From the human T2T-CHM13v2.0 reference genome, Homo sapiens, in NCBI RefSeq assembly GCF_009914755.1, contig NC_060935.1: a stretch of DNA of 64,000 nucleotides. One strand, given 5' to 3'. The translations under genes and the position numbers were made by a program. Shown piece by piece: positions 1-12,840 of this stretch (its first letter is position 1; the number at the start of each line of letters is the position of its first letter). Under the pieces are notes generated by a model. The model worked only from the letters and a program-made list of their open reading frames with translations, was not told the DNA's origin and ran no database searches.

Positions 1-118
1 GAATCACTTGAACCCGGGAAGTGGAGGTTGTAGTGAGTCAAGATTGTGCCACTGCACTCCAGCCTGGGGGACAGAGTGAGACTCTGTCTCAAAAAGAAAA
101 AAAAAAAAAAAGAAAAAG
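1..118 (+). mobile_element. Alu right arm (cut by window edge)
   Basis: GAATCACTTGAACCCGGG...GAGACTCTGTCTC plus A tail. Confidence 0.95.
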
Positions 119-189
119 AGAAACATTAGAAAGTGTGGTAGTTACTAGGGTTACTCTCAAATATTCTATAACTCACCTTTTGTGTACAA

Positions 190-335
190 GGTATGGTTTC
201 ACTTACCTGCCCACTTGCAGTAAGATGTGACCATGTGGTTTGCTTGGCCAATGAAAGGTAAATGGAAGTGATGTGCAGAAACTTTGGGAGCCAGTATCTA
301 CTTTTTCACATGTTCTCTTTTCCCTCAATACCAGT
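190..335. mobile_element. Old MaLR (MLT1-like) LTR fragment
   Basis: GACCATGTGG..TTGCTTGGCCAATGAAA..GGAAGTGATGTG resembles MLT1 consensus. Confidence 0.5.
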
Positions 336-470
336 AAGATGTACGGTCAAAAAGCAATGTGACTACTTAAGAGAATTCTTACATAAGGTAACTATAACCA
401 CAGCTCAAGAACTAGAAACAATTTTTACTAAAAAGTACTTGTACAGCATCACAAAGCTATACTTTTAAGA

Positions 471-492
471 ATATATATATATATATATATAT
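471..492. repeat. (AT)11 microsatellite
   Basis: Read directly. Confidence 0.95.
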
Positions 493-1209
493 TCCTCCCA
501 AGACTGGTATTCTTTTTATTTTAAAAGATAACAGTTTTAATAACAGTTTGAATACAGTCTTTGCTGTATTTCCTGCAATCCTTGCTATTAATACTTAAAT
601 GTATTTAAAAGTGACTTTGATATGTAATTTTTAAAACATAATGAAGCACTAACATTCAAATAAATGATATTTATTATCTGATAGAAAAGTTAAGATTTAA
701 ACTATTTAAATATACTGTCTGGATGTTCTCATAATGAAACACAGAAATATTATTTGCAAGAAGGAATGCTACCCCTTGATTTTGTTATCTTCTAATGATT
801 GTTTCTTGTTCTCTTGTTAGAGGAGACAGGTGAAAATCATGCCCACATTATCACATTTCTGGGTATTCTCCCACTTCTTCAATGATAACATCATAGGACA
901 TCATTGGGGGAGGGGGTGACAAGAGTGCAGATATAAAAAATATCTTCAGCTACATGTTAGAAACCAATGAAGACTAACACCCTTGCTTACATATCTCCTT
1001 CCTCTTTCCCTGTATATTTTCAGTGCAATTGACTGCAGGAAGAATTGGCTCCCTGCTAGACCCAGAAGGAACAGTTAGCAATTACTGACTGATTTAGAAA
1101 GAGAGTCAGAAGAAATAGAATTCCTTTTATTCCACAAAGAGTCATAAAAATGTGTAAAGGTAAATATATTTAAGTATTTGAGGTAAATATCAGATTTCAG
1201 TGTAGAGAA

Positions 1210-1548
1210 TCGTCTTTGTTTGTTTGGGCTGCTACAATAAAATATCTTGGACTGGGTAATTTGTAAATAATAGAAACTTATTGCTCACAGTTATGGAGGC
1301 TGGGAAATCCAAGATCAAAGCAACAGCAGATTTGGTATCTGGTGGGAGCCTGTTCCTCCTAGGTGATGCCTTCTATATGTCCTCATATAATGGAAGGGGT
1401 GAACAAGCTCTATTGGTCCTCTTTTACAGGGGCACTAATTTGATTCATGAGGGCTCCATCCTCAAGACCTAATCACCTTCCAAAGCCCTACCTTTTAATA
1501 ATATCACGATAGGGATTAAGTTTCAACATATAAATTTGAAGGAATATT
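1210..1548 (-). mobile_element. MLT1A-type MaLR LTR
   Basis: TTATTGCTCACAGTTATGGAGGCTGGGAAATCCAAGATCAA...CCTAATCACCTTCCAAAG. Confidence 0.8.
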
Positions 1549-1556
1549 AAATGATC

Positions 1557-2042
1557 TGTATTACTCAGGGCTCTCCAGAGAAACAGAATCAACAGGGTAT
1601 AAATAAATATTTAAGAGGATATTTGTTATGGGAATTTCCTCACCCAATTATGGAGGCCAAGAAGTCCCAAGTTATGCTGTCTGCAAGTTGGAAAACCAGG
1701 AAAGCTGGTGGTGTAATTCAGCCTGAGTCTCAAGACCTTGGAACATGGTGTGCTGCTGGTATAAATTCTGAAGTCAAAAGGTCCCAAAGCTAGGAGTTCT
1801 GATTTTCCAGAGCAGAAGATGGATGGCCCACCACCAGAAGATAGCAAGTTCACCCTTCCTTGCCTTTTTGTTCTATTTGAGTCCTCAAGGGATTGGATGA
1901 TGCCTGCCCACATTGATGAGGGCTATCTTCTTACCCAGTCTATTGATTCAAATACTAATCTTTTCCTGAAACACCCTCACAAATACACCCAGAAATAATG
2001 TTTTACCAGCTATCTGGGTATCATTTTATCTAACAACTTGAC
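1557..2042 (-). mobile_element. MLT2-type (ERVL) LTR
   Basis: TGTATTACTCAGGGCTCTCCAGAGAAACAGAA...AAACACCCTCACAAATACACCCAGAAATAATGTTTTACCAGCTATCTGGG. Confidence 0.8.
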
Positions 2043-2374
2043 TAGTATTTTTTCCTTTAAATTTACTAAATTACAAAGCATCTATTTAACAAGTAGGGCA
2101 ATATTGTATAACCAACACTATATATTTAACATATTTGCCAATATTTATCAAACATAATGGGTAAAATGGAAAAAAATCTTTATCCTATATTCACCTTCAT
2201 GGAATAGATGCAGATACCTTAGAAATCATCTAGAAGGCTAGATTTCTGGAGGAACTTGAAATATTTTCAGAGGAACTACAAGGTCAGAACTGTTTTCACA
2301 ATAATAGTGAAACATTATGTATCTCCGCTGCTATGCTTGACATTTTCATCGATGGTGCAGTAGCAATGGCAGCT

Positions 2375-2961
2375 ACGGTAGGCAGAATTCTAGGAAGGCC
2401 CCAAGGCCACTGCTCCCTGGCACGCACACTTTGAAGAGCCCCCTAACCTTGAGTGTGGAGGAAATCTGTGAATATGACGGTATATCACTCCCGTGCCTAG
2501 TTTACTCATCAGTTGACTTTGAGTTAATGAAAAAGGAGATTATTCGTTGGGCCTGATCTAATCAGGTGAATCCTTAAAAGGAACTGGCTTCTTGCTGTTA
2601 TAAAAGAGATTTGAGGCACAAGGGAGCTTAGATGTGTTAGGAAGTTCTCTACTGTTGGCTTAAAAGACGGAGGATAAGAATGTGGGCAATATCTAATTGC
2701 TGAGTGGCCCCAGCTGACATCCAGCAAAGAAATGAGGACCTCAGTCTTACAACTGCAAGAAAATGCATTCTGCATCAACTATAAGAGGACTCTAAGCTCC
2801 AAATGAGAATGCAGCCTGGCTGACATCTTGATTTATGCCTGTGAGACCCTTAGCATGCAGCACCCAGCCTCCTGACTTATCAGACTTTTAGCTAATAAAT
2901 GGGTGTTATTTTAAGCCACTAAATTTGTAGTAGTTTGTTACACAACAATGTAAAACAATGC
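2375..2961 (+). mobile_element. MLT1E/F-like MaLR LTR nested in Charlie1
   Basis: GGTAGGCAGAATTCTA...ATAAATGGGTGTTATTTTAAGCCACTAAATTTGTAGTAGTTTGTTACA. Confidence 0.78.
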
Positions 2962-3510
2962 AGTGGCTAAAACAGCTGGCAAATTGACACAAATCAAGGG
3001 TGGGGCACCAAACTGCTTTACTAATCATCTATTCTTCACATGCATGCATTCACTGGAAAAGATTCCAGTTTCATTTAAGAATCTCCTGGATGAAGGAGTA
3101 AAATTTATTCTTTTCATTAAATCTTAAACCTTCAGTACTAGTCATTTCAATATTTTGAACAATGAAATAATATACCGTAAAACACTGCTGCATTGAAGTA
3201 TTAATAATGGCCTGTTTCAAGGAAAATAATTTTGTGATTGTCTGAGTTATGGTCAAAACTAGCTGTTTTTTTTTCATGGAAGACCATTTTTACTTGAAAG
3301 AATAACAAAATAATGTTATTCAGACTTTGATATTTGGCAGAAATTTTTCTTAAAAATGAATGAAATGAGCTTATCACTTCCAGGGAAACAATTGACCTTA
3401 TTTGTGGCCAATGATAAAATTCAAGTGTTCCTGCAAAAATTAGAATCTTGGATAACTTAAATTCTCTACTGTAAGTTTGACAACCTCTCCATACATAAAG
3501 ACTTTTTCTT

Positions 3511-3660
3511 GGCCAGGCGAGGTGGCTCATTCCTGTAATCTCAGCACTTTAGGAGGCTGAGGTGGGAGGATCACTTGAGCACAGGAGTTTGAGACTACAG
3601 CAAGGTATGATCAAGCCACTGCACTCCAGCTTGGGTGACAGAGAAAGACCCTGTCTCTAA
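3511..3660 (+). mobile_element. Monomeric Alu (FRAM/AluJ-like) with 14-bp TSD
   Basis: AAAGACTTTTTCTT at 3497-3510 and 3661-3674. Confidence 0.9.
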
Positions 3661-4213
3661 AAAGACTTTTTCTTATAAGATCAGTGGTGTATTAATAAAT
3701 GTGATTTTAAAAATATTATATAAGCAAATGTATCAATATTTGGAAGATCTTCATAGCTTAGGAACCAATACTTTCTAAATGACCAATGTATGATGTTATG
3801 AAATTATGTGCGAGCAAAAGATACATTCAAAGTGCTAGAAAACCAATGGATTTTAATGTAACTGAGTATGAAATATTCATTGATCTGGTTCCAAATTCCA
3901 AATTTTAACTATCCTTTAAGAAACTACTACTTGTGGAATGTTAGTTTAGTATAAAAGAATATTCACAAGCATCTATTAAAATCTTCATTTTTTAGCTTCT
4001 CAATTTTTAAACTACATATCTGTGTGAGGCTGGATATTCTCTATATACTTCAATCCAAACAACGTATTGCAAGAGATGGAATGCAGAAGAACATAGAGGA
4101 TCCAGTTGTCTTCTGTTAAGGCAGACAGGAAAGGGACTTAACAAAAATGTAAAAACAATGCCATTCTTCTCATCATTTTTTTTTGCCTTTTAGAAATATA
4201 ATTATTTTCATAA

Positions 4214-4662
<449 letters not shown>

Positions 4663-4899
4663 CAGTAATTTTTTAAAGTATAAAAATAATTGTTTAAAGT
4701 ATAAAGTATAAAAAGGTCACCAAAAAGTTTGGGAAATGGCATATAGGACAAAATTAGGAAACCCTGTCTCAGAAAGTTTTGGGCCTTCCCCTTCAGCTCA
4801 CGTTACCTGTTTTTATGCCACCTGCCAGACAACTGCTAAGACAATGCTCCACATTAAAAAAAAAAATCATTACTACACTATGGATATCAATTACTCTTT

Positions 4900-5262
4900 T
4901 GGTTAGAGTAGCCTAAATTGCCATAAAAATAGCCCACACAGTTTAATGTACAATGCCTCAAACACAACAAAGCTTATTTCTTGCTTATTTAACAACTGCA
5001 GACATTATTCCACTCTGTGATTCAGGATCCTAGGGTCCTACTCTTGGAAAGTTTTGCCATCCCTGTTGCTTTATTGTTATCTGCAACCAGCTGGCAAAAG
5101 TTAAGGTATTCTCACTTCTTTAAAACTTTGCCTTGAAGACGCACACATTACTTCTTCTCACATTTTATTGGTGAGAATTAGTCACATGACCACACCTGGA
5201 TGGTAGCCACTTCTTAGCTATGGAAGGGAAAAATAGATTTTGGTGGATATCTGGCTAACACT
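4900..5262. mobile_element. Old MLT1-like LTR
   Basis: AACACAACAAAGCTTATTTCTTGCT...CACATTTTATTGGTGAGAATTAGTCACATGACCACACC. Confidence 0.55.
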
Positions 5263-6284
5263 GTGATATGGTATATAGAGATTGGCTCAGAATTGGATTT
5301 TGGTAGGAATCTTGGTTCTACCACTTACCATCTCTGTGTTTTTGTGTAAGTTATTTAATCTGTGAGGTTCTTTCTTCTTTATTGTATGCTTGATACAATA
5401 CATAAAGTCCGTATCTGTCTTTTCTTCCCACTCTGTGCCTCATTTTTCGTATATAGTAGTGAAAAGGAAACACAAAACTTCTATTTCATGGGGTTTACAT
5501 GTCAACGGGAGCTTCCATGTTTGAGATCGGTGTTAAACTTGATTCAAACACAATTTCATAGTTTGTGGAAGCCCTAAGTTTCCTGAAGAGTTCTAAAAAT
5601 TCTTGGGAGGATCACATACTCATGATCTCATCTGCTTTCTAGACTCATCTTCCTACATGTGTTGCCTTTTTATTTACCATATTGTTATGGAAGCTCAATT
5701 CAGCCATTTCATACATTTCCACCAAAACAACTCACCAAACCGAGCACTTGTGGGTAATGGAGACTTTCCTGAAGACCTTGGTAAGAGTGATAATGCTCAT
5801 TGCAGAGCAGGAAACTCTGTAACCATAGTGGTCACTTTGGCTTTCAAAATCTTTTTATTAGCTACACAGTCATCTTGGGTTCCTGTTAGGATTTTTTCCC
5901 TCACCCAGTGGTCAGCATCCCACCTCACTGTTTGGATGTTTTCCCATCCAGTGGCCAGACTCCCATCTCTCACTGTTTGGATATTTCATGAGAATTTACA
6001 TTCATTTCCTTTTATAATTTAGAGCAGTTCAGCTTTTTTAAGTTCCCACTCCAAAATCTTAAGTTGCTCAGCAAATAAAAGGACTCTCTCCTTCCAATTC
6101 TCAAATAGTATAGTTTTAAGGGGAGGTTATGATTATTAAGTGCAAACAAAAAAAATCTGCATATGTTTGTGTACCCTAGGATCTTGGGTCAAACCAGTGC
6201 TGAGGTGATGAATGACTACAGCAAAAACTTCCTGAGGGCAGGAACTGTGTCCCCAGGGCCTAGTTCGGTACTTGGCAAATTGTG

Positions 6285-6350
6285 TTAGATTGGTGCAAAA
6301 GTAATTACAGTTCTTGCCAAAAAACCGCAATTACGTTTGCACCAACCTAA
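6285..6350. mobile_element. MADE1 (Hsmar1-derived MITE), internally deleted
   Basis: Inverted repeats TTAGATTGGTGCAAAAGTAATT...AATTACGTTTGCACCAACCTAA followed by TA. Confidence 0.93.
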
Positions 6351-7146
6351 TAGCATGTAGTAAATATTTTTAGAAGAGAATTACTGAATTGAGAAAGTGT
6401 TTGACGAATGTTCGGATGAATGACCAGCAATTTAGTAGTTTATAGTAATGCCATGAAGTAGAAAATGACAAAGACCGTTTTCATATCTGTATTTTCACAG
6501 AATTTGGTTGCGGTTGTTATAAAATAAACTAAAAAGTATCATTTTACATTTTAGCTATTTTACAAATATGGTTGTGCTCGGGTAATGATTGCAATAAAAA
6601 ATTGCTGGTTAAATTATTCTAAAATTAATAATAGAAAAAACGATGTTGGGAAATGCAGCAGCACAGAAAGGAGCAGAGGGCGACTGAGAAAGTAAATTAA
6701 CATTGTATTGAATTCCTAGTCTTTATAAGCTTCTCTAAAAAGCGATTTTTAAATAGTAATCTTTTACAATCCGCACTACACCCCTGGTTGTGAGATAGTA
6801 TTTCCCCTTCTTAACAGATGTGTACCTTGACGCTGACAGACTGGTTTGCTACCAGGTGCACGTGGAGAGCGAGCACTGGAACCCAGCTCTCCTAAATCTA
6901 GATCACGCTGCTGTACTTGAAGGCTAGATGTCTCTCTTCTGATTATGCGTGATAAGAAATCAGTAAGAAGAATAAAAGACATGTTTGAGAGCCAACATAA
7001 ACTTGTCCGAACCCCTTACAATCGATGACCGCAGGGAGCCGCTGAAGAGCTCCGAGGCGGTCGATAGCCTCCGCGAGCTTTGCGTGCGCGTGCCCCGAGA
7101 GGGCAACGCCCACCGCGCGCCGCCAGCGACGCCGCCGTAGTGCTCC

Positions 7147-7173
7147 GTCGCCATAGCGACTACCCCTGGCAAC
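7147..7173 (+). promoter_or_regulatory. Tandem RFX X-box-like motifs
   Basis: GTCGCCATAGCGAC (7147-7160) and CTACCCCTGGCAAC (7160-7173) versus consensus GTTGCCATGGCAAC. RFX factors are established regulators of cilia/IFT genes. Confidence 0.75.
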
Positions 7174-7301
7174 CGCGAAGCTCTGCGGTCCCGCGGTCGG
7201 GCTACGGGTTTGAGCAAAGCTCCTCTCTTCCCTTCACTTCCCTCCGGACTGGTTTCTTCTTCCTTCCCCCTTCCCCCAACTTCCCTCCACCCCTTCCAAT
7301 C

Positions 7302-7496
7302 ATGGCGAACGGGACTGCGGACGTTCGGAAGCTCTTCATCTTCACTACTACCCAGAATTACTTCGGGTTGATGTCTGAACTCTGGGATCAGCCACTGTTG
7401 TGCAACTGTCTTGAAATCAACAACTTCTTGGATGACGGCAACCAGATGCTCCTCAGGGTGCAGCGATCCGACGCAGGAATCTCCTTTTCCAACACG
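7302..7496 (+). CDS. DYNC2H1: Exon 1 coding part (c.1-195), MANGT...SFSNT
   Basis: atcATGg Kozak context; donor ACG|gtacgg. Confidence 0.97.
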
Positions 7497-7747
7497 GTAC
7501 GGTTCCTTGCACTCCTGCCTGACCCCTGACCACTCTTCAAGTCCCCAGGCCCAGCCAGAGGGACGTCGGGTCACACTCTTTAGCTTTACCAACCAGATCC
7601 TTTTCAGGAACCCAAGGCTGTCTCCACTTCTCCTGCATTATTGGCTTAGATGCGTTGGCCTCGTGCTTAAGCAGGTAGTTTCCAAGCTTTGCATCCTACC
7701 TGACCGAAGCATGTTTCCCTTCCATACATCTGAATAGAAGCAATTAG

Positions 7748-8038
<291 letters not shown>

Positions 8039-8524
8039 TATATTCTACTTTTTAAGAAAGACTGCAGATACGTTATAACTAAAAAGAAAACATTTACTTA
8101 GTTATTTTTATTTTTTTCTCTCCCCTTTTTGAGTTTTTTTTTTGGGGGGAAGGCAAATTCTAGTCTATCTTTTTTGGATCAGGCTCTGATTTTAACATTG
8201 CCCAAGGGAAAGATTAGTTAGGAATTTAAATTTTTGTGAAATGATATATTTCAAAATAAAGTTTGAATTCTTTTTTGGTGTACATCATGTGATATACTGA
8301 TTTATTAATTGCACTGCTCCCTCCACTGGCAGGATTGCTTAAAAAATGGGTTGCATTTGCAATCAGGGCTTATATATATAAGCCTAAAAGAAAAACACAG
8401 AAGAAAATTGCCTGACACATTAAAGGGGACTCAGTAAATAGATTTAAGTTAATAAAACAAAGACATATTTTAAACCTCTTCCTTTGGTGTTCACCCTTAT
8501 CCCTAGGTCTAGCAGAGTTTTTGA

Positions 8525-8871
<347 letters not shown>

Positions 8872-9013
8872 TGATTGAATCATTCACCCTATTCACTATC
8901 TTTATTCTTAGGTTTAATTCGATTGTATTTAATAAACATTTACTTTGAACTCAGTACATGCAAGGCACTTTGCCAGGCATGATGGGTTTACAAAGATATA
9001 AAAAGGATGGATA

Positions 9014-9165
9014 ATCATAGCTAACATTTATTTTCACTTTAGACTCTGTCAAGCACTGTTCTAAGTACTTTATATGTATTCGTTCATTTAATAGCCATAA
9101 CGACATTGTAAGATAGGAACTATTCTTTTTCTTATTTTATGGCTGAGGAAAGTAAGGGACAAAAT
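9014..9165 (-). mobile_element. MIR fragment
   Basis: ATAGCTAACATTTATT..AAGCACTGTTCTAAGTACTTTATATGTATT..TGAGGAAA. Confidence 0.7.
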
Positions 9166-9579
9166 TTACAACCTAAATGTTAACTTTTCTTTTTCTCCAA
9201 TAGGTAGCGTAGTTCAGGATAGAGCCCCCTGCTTTCTGCCTTTCCTAGACTCACTCCAGTGGCTTAGGATGACATATACTCAGCAAATGATAAAATCAGG
9301 ACACACTGTTGTAAATGCCACTGAAAGTTCGGATAGAATGCAGTAGGAAAGATGGAAAGGGGTTTGGATTCGTGAAAGTGTATCTTGGCTTGGGTATTTG
9401 AAAGTTGAAGGTAGAACTTTTTTTTTTTAAGTTAAAGCTATTACTAGTAAAGCCCAACGATGTATCTGTTATTTTTAGTTGTACACTTCGCTACAGGTTT
9501 TTAGTCATATTTGAAAATATTTTGTTATGTCTTCAGTTGTACTTTAGTTGCCTGATAGTTAGCGTGATTCAATAAGTTA

Positions 9580-10130
9580 ATAAGTCAGCAAATATTTATT
9601 GCCTACCTACTAGTACTGGGGACAAAGCCATGAACACAGAGTCCGTATCTTAAAGGAGTAACATTGGAATGGACAAAGGTAGGCTAAACGCATGCTACAG
9701 ATATATGTAACATAATTTTGGGTATTGATAAGTGCCGTTAAGATAAAAATAATGTTATAGTAGTGATGGGGCAGCGTGGGGAACTAAAGATATATAGGGT
9801 GGGAGATAATCCCTCTCTGGATTAGTTATCTTTGAAGCGAGATTTGAATGATGAGTTGCAGGCAGGCATAACCTGGGGGAAGAGTGTTCTAAGCAAAAGA
9901 AACTGTAAGTACCAAGGCCCTGAGCTGGGTTTTAACTTAGTTTCCAGGGGCAAGAAAAAAAATCCAGAGTGATTGCTGGAGTTTATGGTATGAAGGAACA
10001 TTGTGGTAGATGAGAAAGGAGAATAAGGCACAGGCTGATCATTTAGGACACTGTATACCATTTAAATTGAAATAGGAAGTTATTGGTAATCTTAAGCAAG
10101 AGAGAGCTGTGATCTGGTTTATGCTTTAGG
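9580..10130 (-). mobile_element. L2 3' fragment
   Basis: CAGCAAATATTTATTGCCTACCTACT...GATTTGAATGATGAG...GTGATCTGGTTTATG. Confidence 0.65.
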
Positions 10131-10131
10131 A

Positions 10132-10340
10132 CAGAGGTTGGCAAAAAGTTTTCTGTAACGGGTCAGATAATATTGCAGGCAACAAGGGCTCCATTAGCAG
10201 CTACAACTTGGCCTTTGTAGTGTGAAAGCAGACATGTAATACTTTGTAATAATACATGTAATTGAATGGGAATGGCTATGTTCTAATAAAACTTTATGGA
10301 CACTGACATGTGGATTTCATATACTTTTCATGTGTCATGA
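10132..10340. mobile_element. MER58-like hAT MITE
   Basis: CAGAGGTTGGCAAA..TTTTCTGTAA..GTAGTGTGAAAGCAG..AATAAAACTTTATGGACACTGA. Confidence 0.75.
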
Positions 10341-10937
10341 AATGTTATAAGCATTTGAGCAGTAACAAAGTTTCAGCTCCTTTCCAGTGGCCAAAAATGT
10401 AATTATTTGGATAGAAATAAGTGGCATGAGACCCATAGCTGTTCTTCCTACACAGCAGTGACCTTGTCTGAAAGCTTTTTAATGTGTAGACTTCTTTTCC
10501 TGAAAAAAGAAATGAGAATAACTGAGAATGTGTGTATAATGCAAAAACTTCCTTTGACTAGTATAGTTCTCAGCTAATGAACTCATTACTATGAACTGAC
10601 CTATTTTAAACAAGATTGCTGTAGTGAATTCCAATTGAGTTCATCTGGTTCCGATTTAAAATAATCTAGCTATATGACAATTTAACAAAGTTTTATGCTC
10701 TTAACTCTTTAAGGAAAAATTTTCAGTTAAGATAAAGTTAATTTCAGGAGATAGACAACTTAAGTTCATTTTGGTAGTTTTGAGTGCATGTATAATTTTA
10801 AAAGCACCTTTTAAAATGCTTTTTCTAAGTAAGAGGGTAATTAATTACATTTTGTTATAGACTTTCTGGGTTACTAGAGAAGCACACTACTCATTGTGTA
10901 CCTGGAGCCTACAGCTTTCATCTGTACTATTACTGAT

Positions 10938-11001
10938 TCTGGCTAGAATGGACTCTGGCTGGAATGGAATCTGGCTGGAATGGAATCTGACTGGAATGGA
11001 A
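10938..11001 (+). repeat. Minisatellite, 4 x 16 bp (TCTGGCTGGAATGGAA)
   Basis: Units tctggctagaatggac / tctggctggaatggaa / tctggctggaatggaa / tctgactggaatggaa. Confidence 0.92.
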
Positions 11002-11263
11002 TAGTTAGCAGTCAACAACGTATATATTGTTTTATGTTTATAAATAACTTATCAAAGTGACTTTATGATCTAATGTAAGTGGGAATAAGTTTTTAAACTG
11101 AAGTATTCTTAAGGAAAGAAGAGATAAATTGGTTTTAATATATTTATTTTTAAAGTAACTATTTTTTTCCAAGAGGTATAATTATAGTGATAGAACTTTG
11201 TCTACATTTTTTTCAAATATTAAATTTTATGAAGATAACATTAAAAATCATTTATCACTTTAG

Positions 11264-11434
11264 ATTGAGTTTGGTGACACAAAAGATAAAGTGCTGGTGT
11301 TTTTCAAGCTGCGACCTGAAGTAATTACTGATGAGAATCTACATGATAACATTCTTGTTTCATCTATGTTAGAGTCACCTATTAGTTCTCTTTACCAAGC
11401 AGTACGGCAAGTATTCGCACCAATGTTGTTAAAG
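11264..11434 (+). CDS. DYNC2H1: Exon 2 (171 nt), IEFGD...PMLLK
   Basis: tttag|ATT ... AAG|gtgaga; in frame. Confidence 0.96.
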
Positions 11435-11829
11435 GTGAGAAAAGAAGCTGTCATTTTTTTTAACTGAGGTATTTGGATAAATGTTTTCATATAAACATAA
11501 ATATCTATTTTTTACTGTTAATGTTAGTAGTGTTTTAATTTTAATTAAAATATCTTTTCTTAACTTTTTTTAACTTAAATTTTAATGTAAGTTGTGGTAA
11601 AAAATAGAGAAATTGGAGAAAGGTATAAAATGCAATCCACATCAACTCAACATTTCTACATTAAATGCTTTTCATAGTTTTAACTGTTGAGAGGACTTTT
11701 TATTCTTCTTATGAAGTGGAGGTAGTGGCAGGCTTTAAGAAAAATGGGGTTTTGGACAGTGTTTTGGGAAGCCAATTTGATTAGCAAAATTTTGATCAAT
11801 CTTGGTTGCTCTTGTCTGTTTTTATTTAG

Positions 11830-11965
11830 GATCAGGAATGGAGCAGAAACTTTGATCCCAAACTTCAGAATCTTTTGAGTGAACTAGAAGCTGGGTTGGG
11901 TATAGTTCTACGAAGATCAGACACTAACTTAACAAAATTGAAATTTAAGGAAGATGACACACGAG
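11830..11965 (+). CDS. DYNC2H1: Exon 3 (136 nt), DQEWS...DDTR
   Basis: tttag|GAT ... CGAG|gtatat. Confidence 0.96.
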
Positions 11966-12159
11966 GTATATAACCATAGCTTAATAAAAGAGAGTACAAA
12001 ATGATTGTCTCATTAATACATTAGTAAATGAACATATTTCTTCATAGATTTCTTCAAATACTTTTGGAATTTCTCTGAGCATAGGTTTTAAAAAATGAGT
12101 AGATTTATGTGGATGTAGAGAAGAGGAAAATATAATTGTTAATAATGTGCAATCTAGCT

Positions 12160-12318
12160 TGAGCCTCCAGAGTAGCTAGAACTACAGGTGCATACCACTA
12201 TCCGCTGGCTAATTTATTTTAGTTCTTGTAGAGATGGGGTCTTGCTGTATTGCCCAGGCTGGTGTCAAACTACTGGCCTCAAGGGATCCTCACTACTAGG
12301 CCTCCCAAAGTGCCGAGG
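12160..12318 (-). mobile_element. Partial AluJ
   Basis: AGCCTCCAGAGTAGCT...GGCCTCAAGGGATCCTC..CCTCCCAAAGTG. Confidence 0.85.
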
Positions 12319-12319
12319 C

Positions 12320-12840
12320 AGTAGTTGTGTTCTATAAAGTCACTGTAAACACTGTAAACACTGAATTAGTGAATATTGAACCTTTGTTCCTAGGAGCAAT
12401 ACAAGATTAGGTTCCTTTGAGCCCCTGGTCATAACATCTCATCAACTGATCAATACATAACCTTATTATTTTTTTTCTGTTTAAAGACACTTTAATTTGT
12501 GTATATTGTTGATTCATTAACATTGACTTAATGGCTAACAGCACTGTAACTCATGCCTGAATGAAGTTTATCTAGTATATGTATTTTTTCGGTAAGGTAC
12601 ATTACAACCTTCTTGTGCTTTGGAACACTAGACAGCAATTTAGCACTTTTTTGGGGGCCATTTTAAACAGCGAATCACTAACAAAAAGCACACAGATCTA
12701 AAAAATGTGGCACTAAGTAGACTTCAGGAAGGACACTTTGTTTATAGTATGAAATAGGAAACAATAAGGAAGTGTCACCTATTTGACCTCAGCTAGGAGC
12801 ATATGTGTTAGATGACTCAAATATTTTGCTGCTCTGCTGT
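12320..12840. mobile_element. MER82-like TcMar-Tigger element
   Basis: GTTCTATAAAGTCACTG..AACACTGAATTAGTGAATATTGAACC..TAGGTTCC. Confidence 0.7.

Larger units (their letters stand above)
7020..7520 (+). promoter_or_regulatory. DYNC2H1: CpG-island promoter, 5'UTR and exon 1 of DYNC2H1
   Basis: Sharp GC/CpG-rich block in AT-rich DNA directly upstream of the ATG. NRF1-like GCGTGCGCGTGC near 7082; no TATA box seen. Confidence 0.9.

Noticed and set aside
5603-6022. 139-aa ORF (likewise 30332-30769 and 47591-48025)
   Set aside because: No homology recognised, no supporting splice or promoter context; the latter two lie in decayed repeats.
7080-7301. 74-codon in-frame open stretch upstream of the ATG (N-terminal extension)
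   Set aside because: Starts at TTG, probably at or before the transcription start; lack of stops is expected in GC/C-rich sequence, and ATG 7302 has a strong context.
6960-7592. 210-aa minus-strand ORF over the promoter
   Set aside because: Shadow of the GC-rich island and exon 1; non-ATG start and no recognisable domain.
10938-11001. CRISPR-like array or satellite III block
   Set aside because: No spacers, eukaryotic context and only 64 bp; an ordinary minisatellite.
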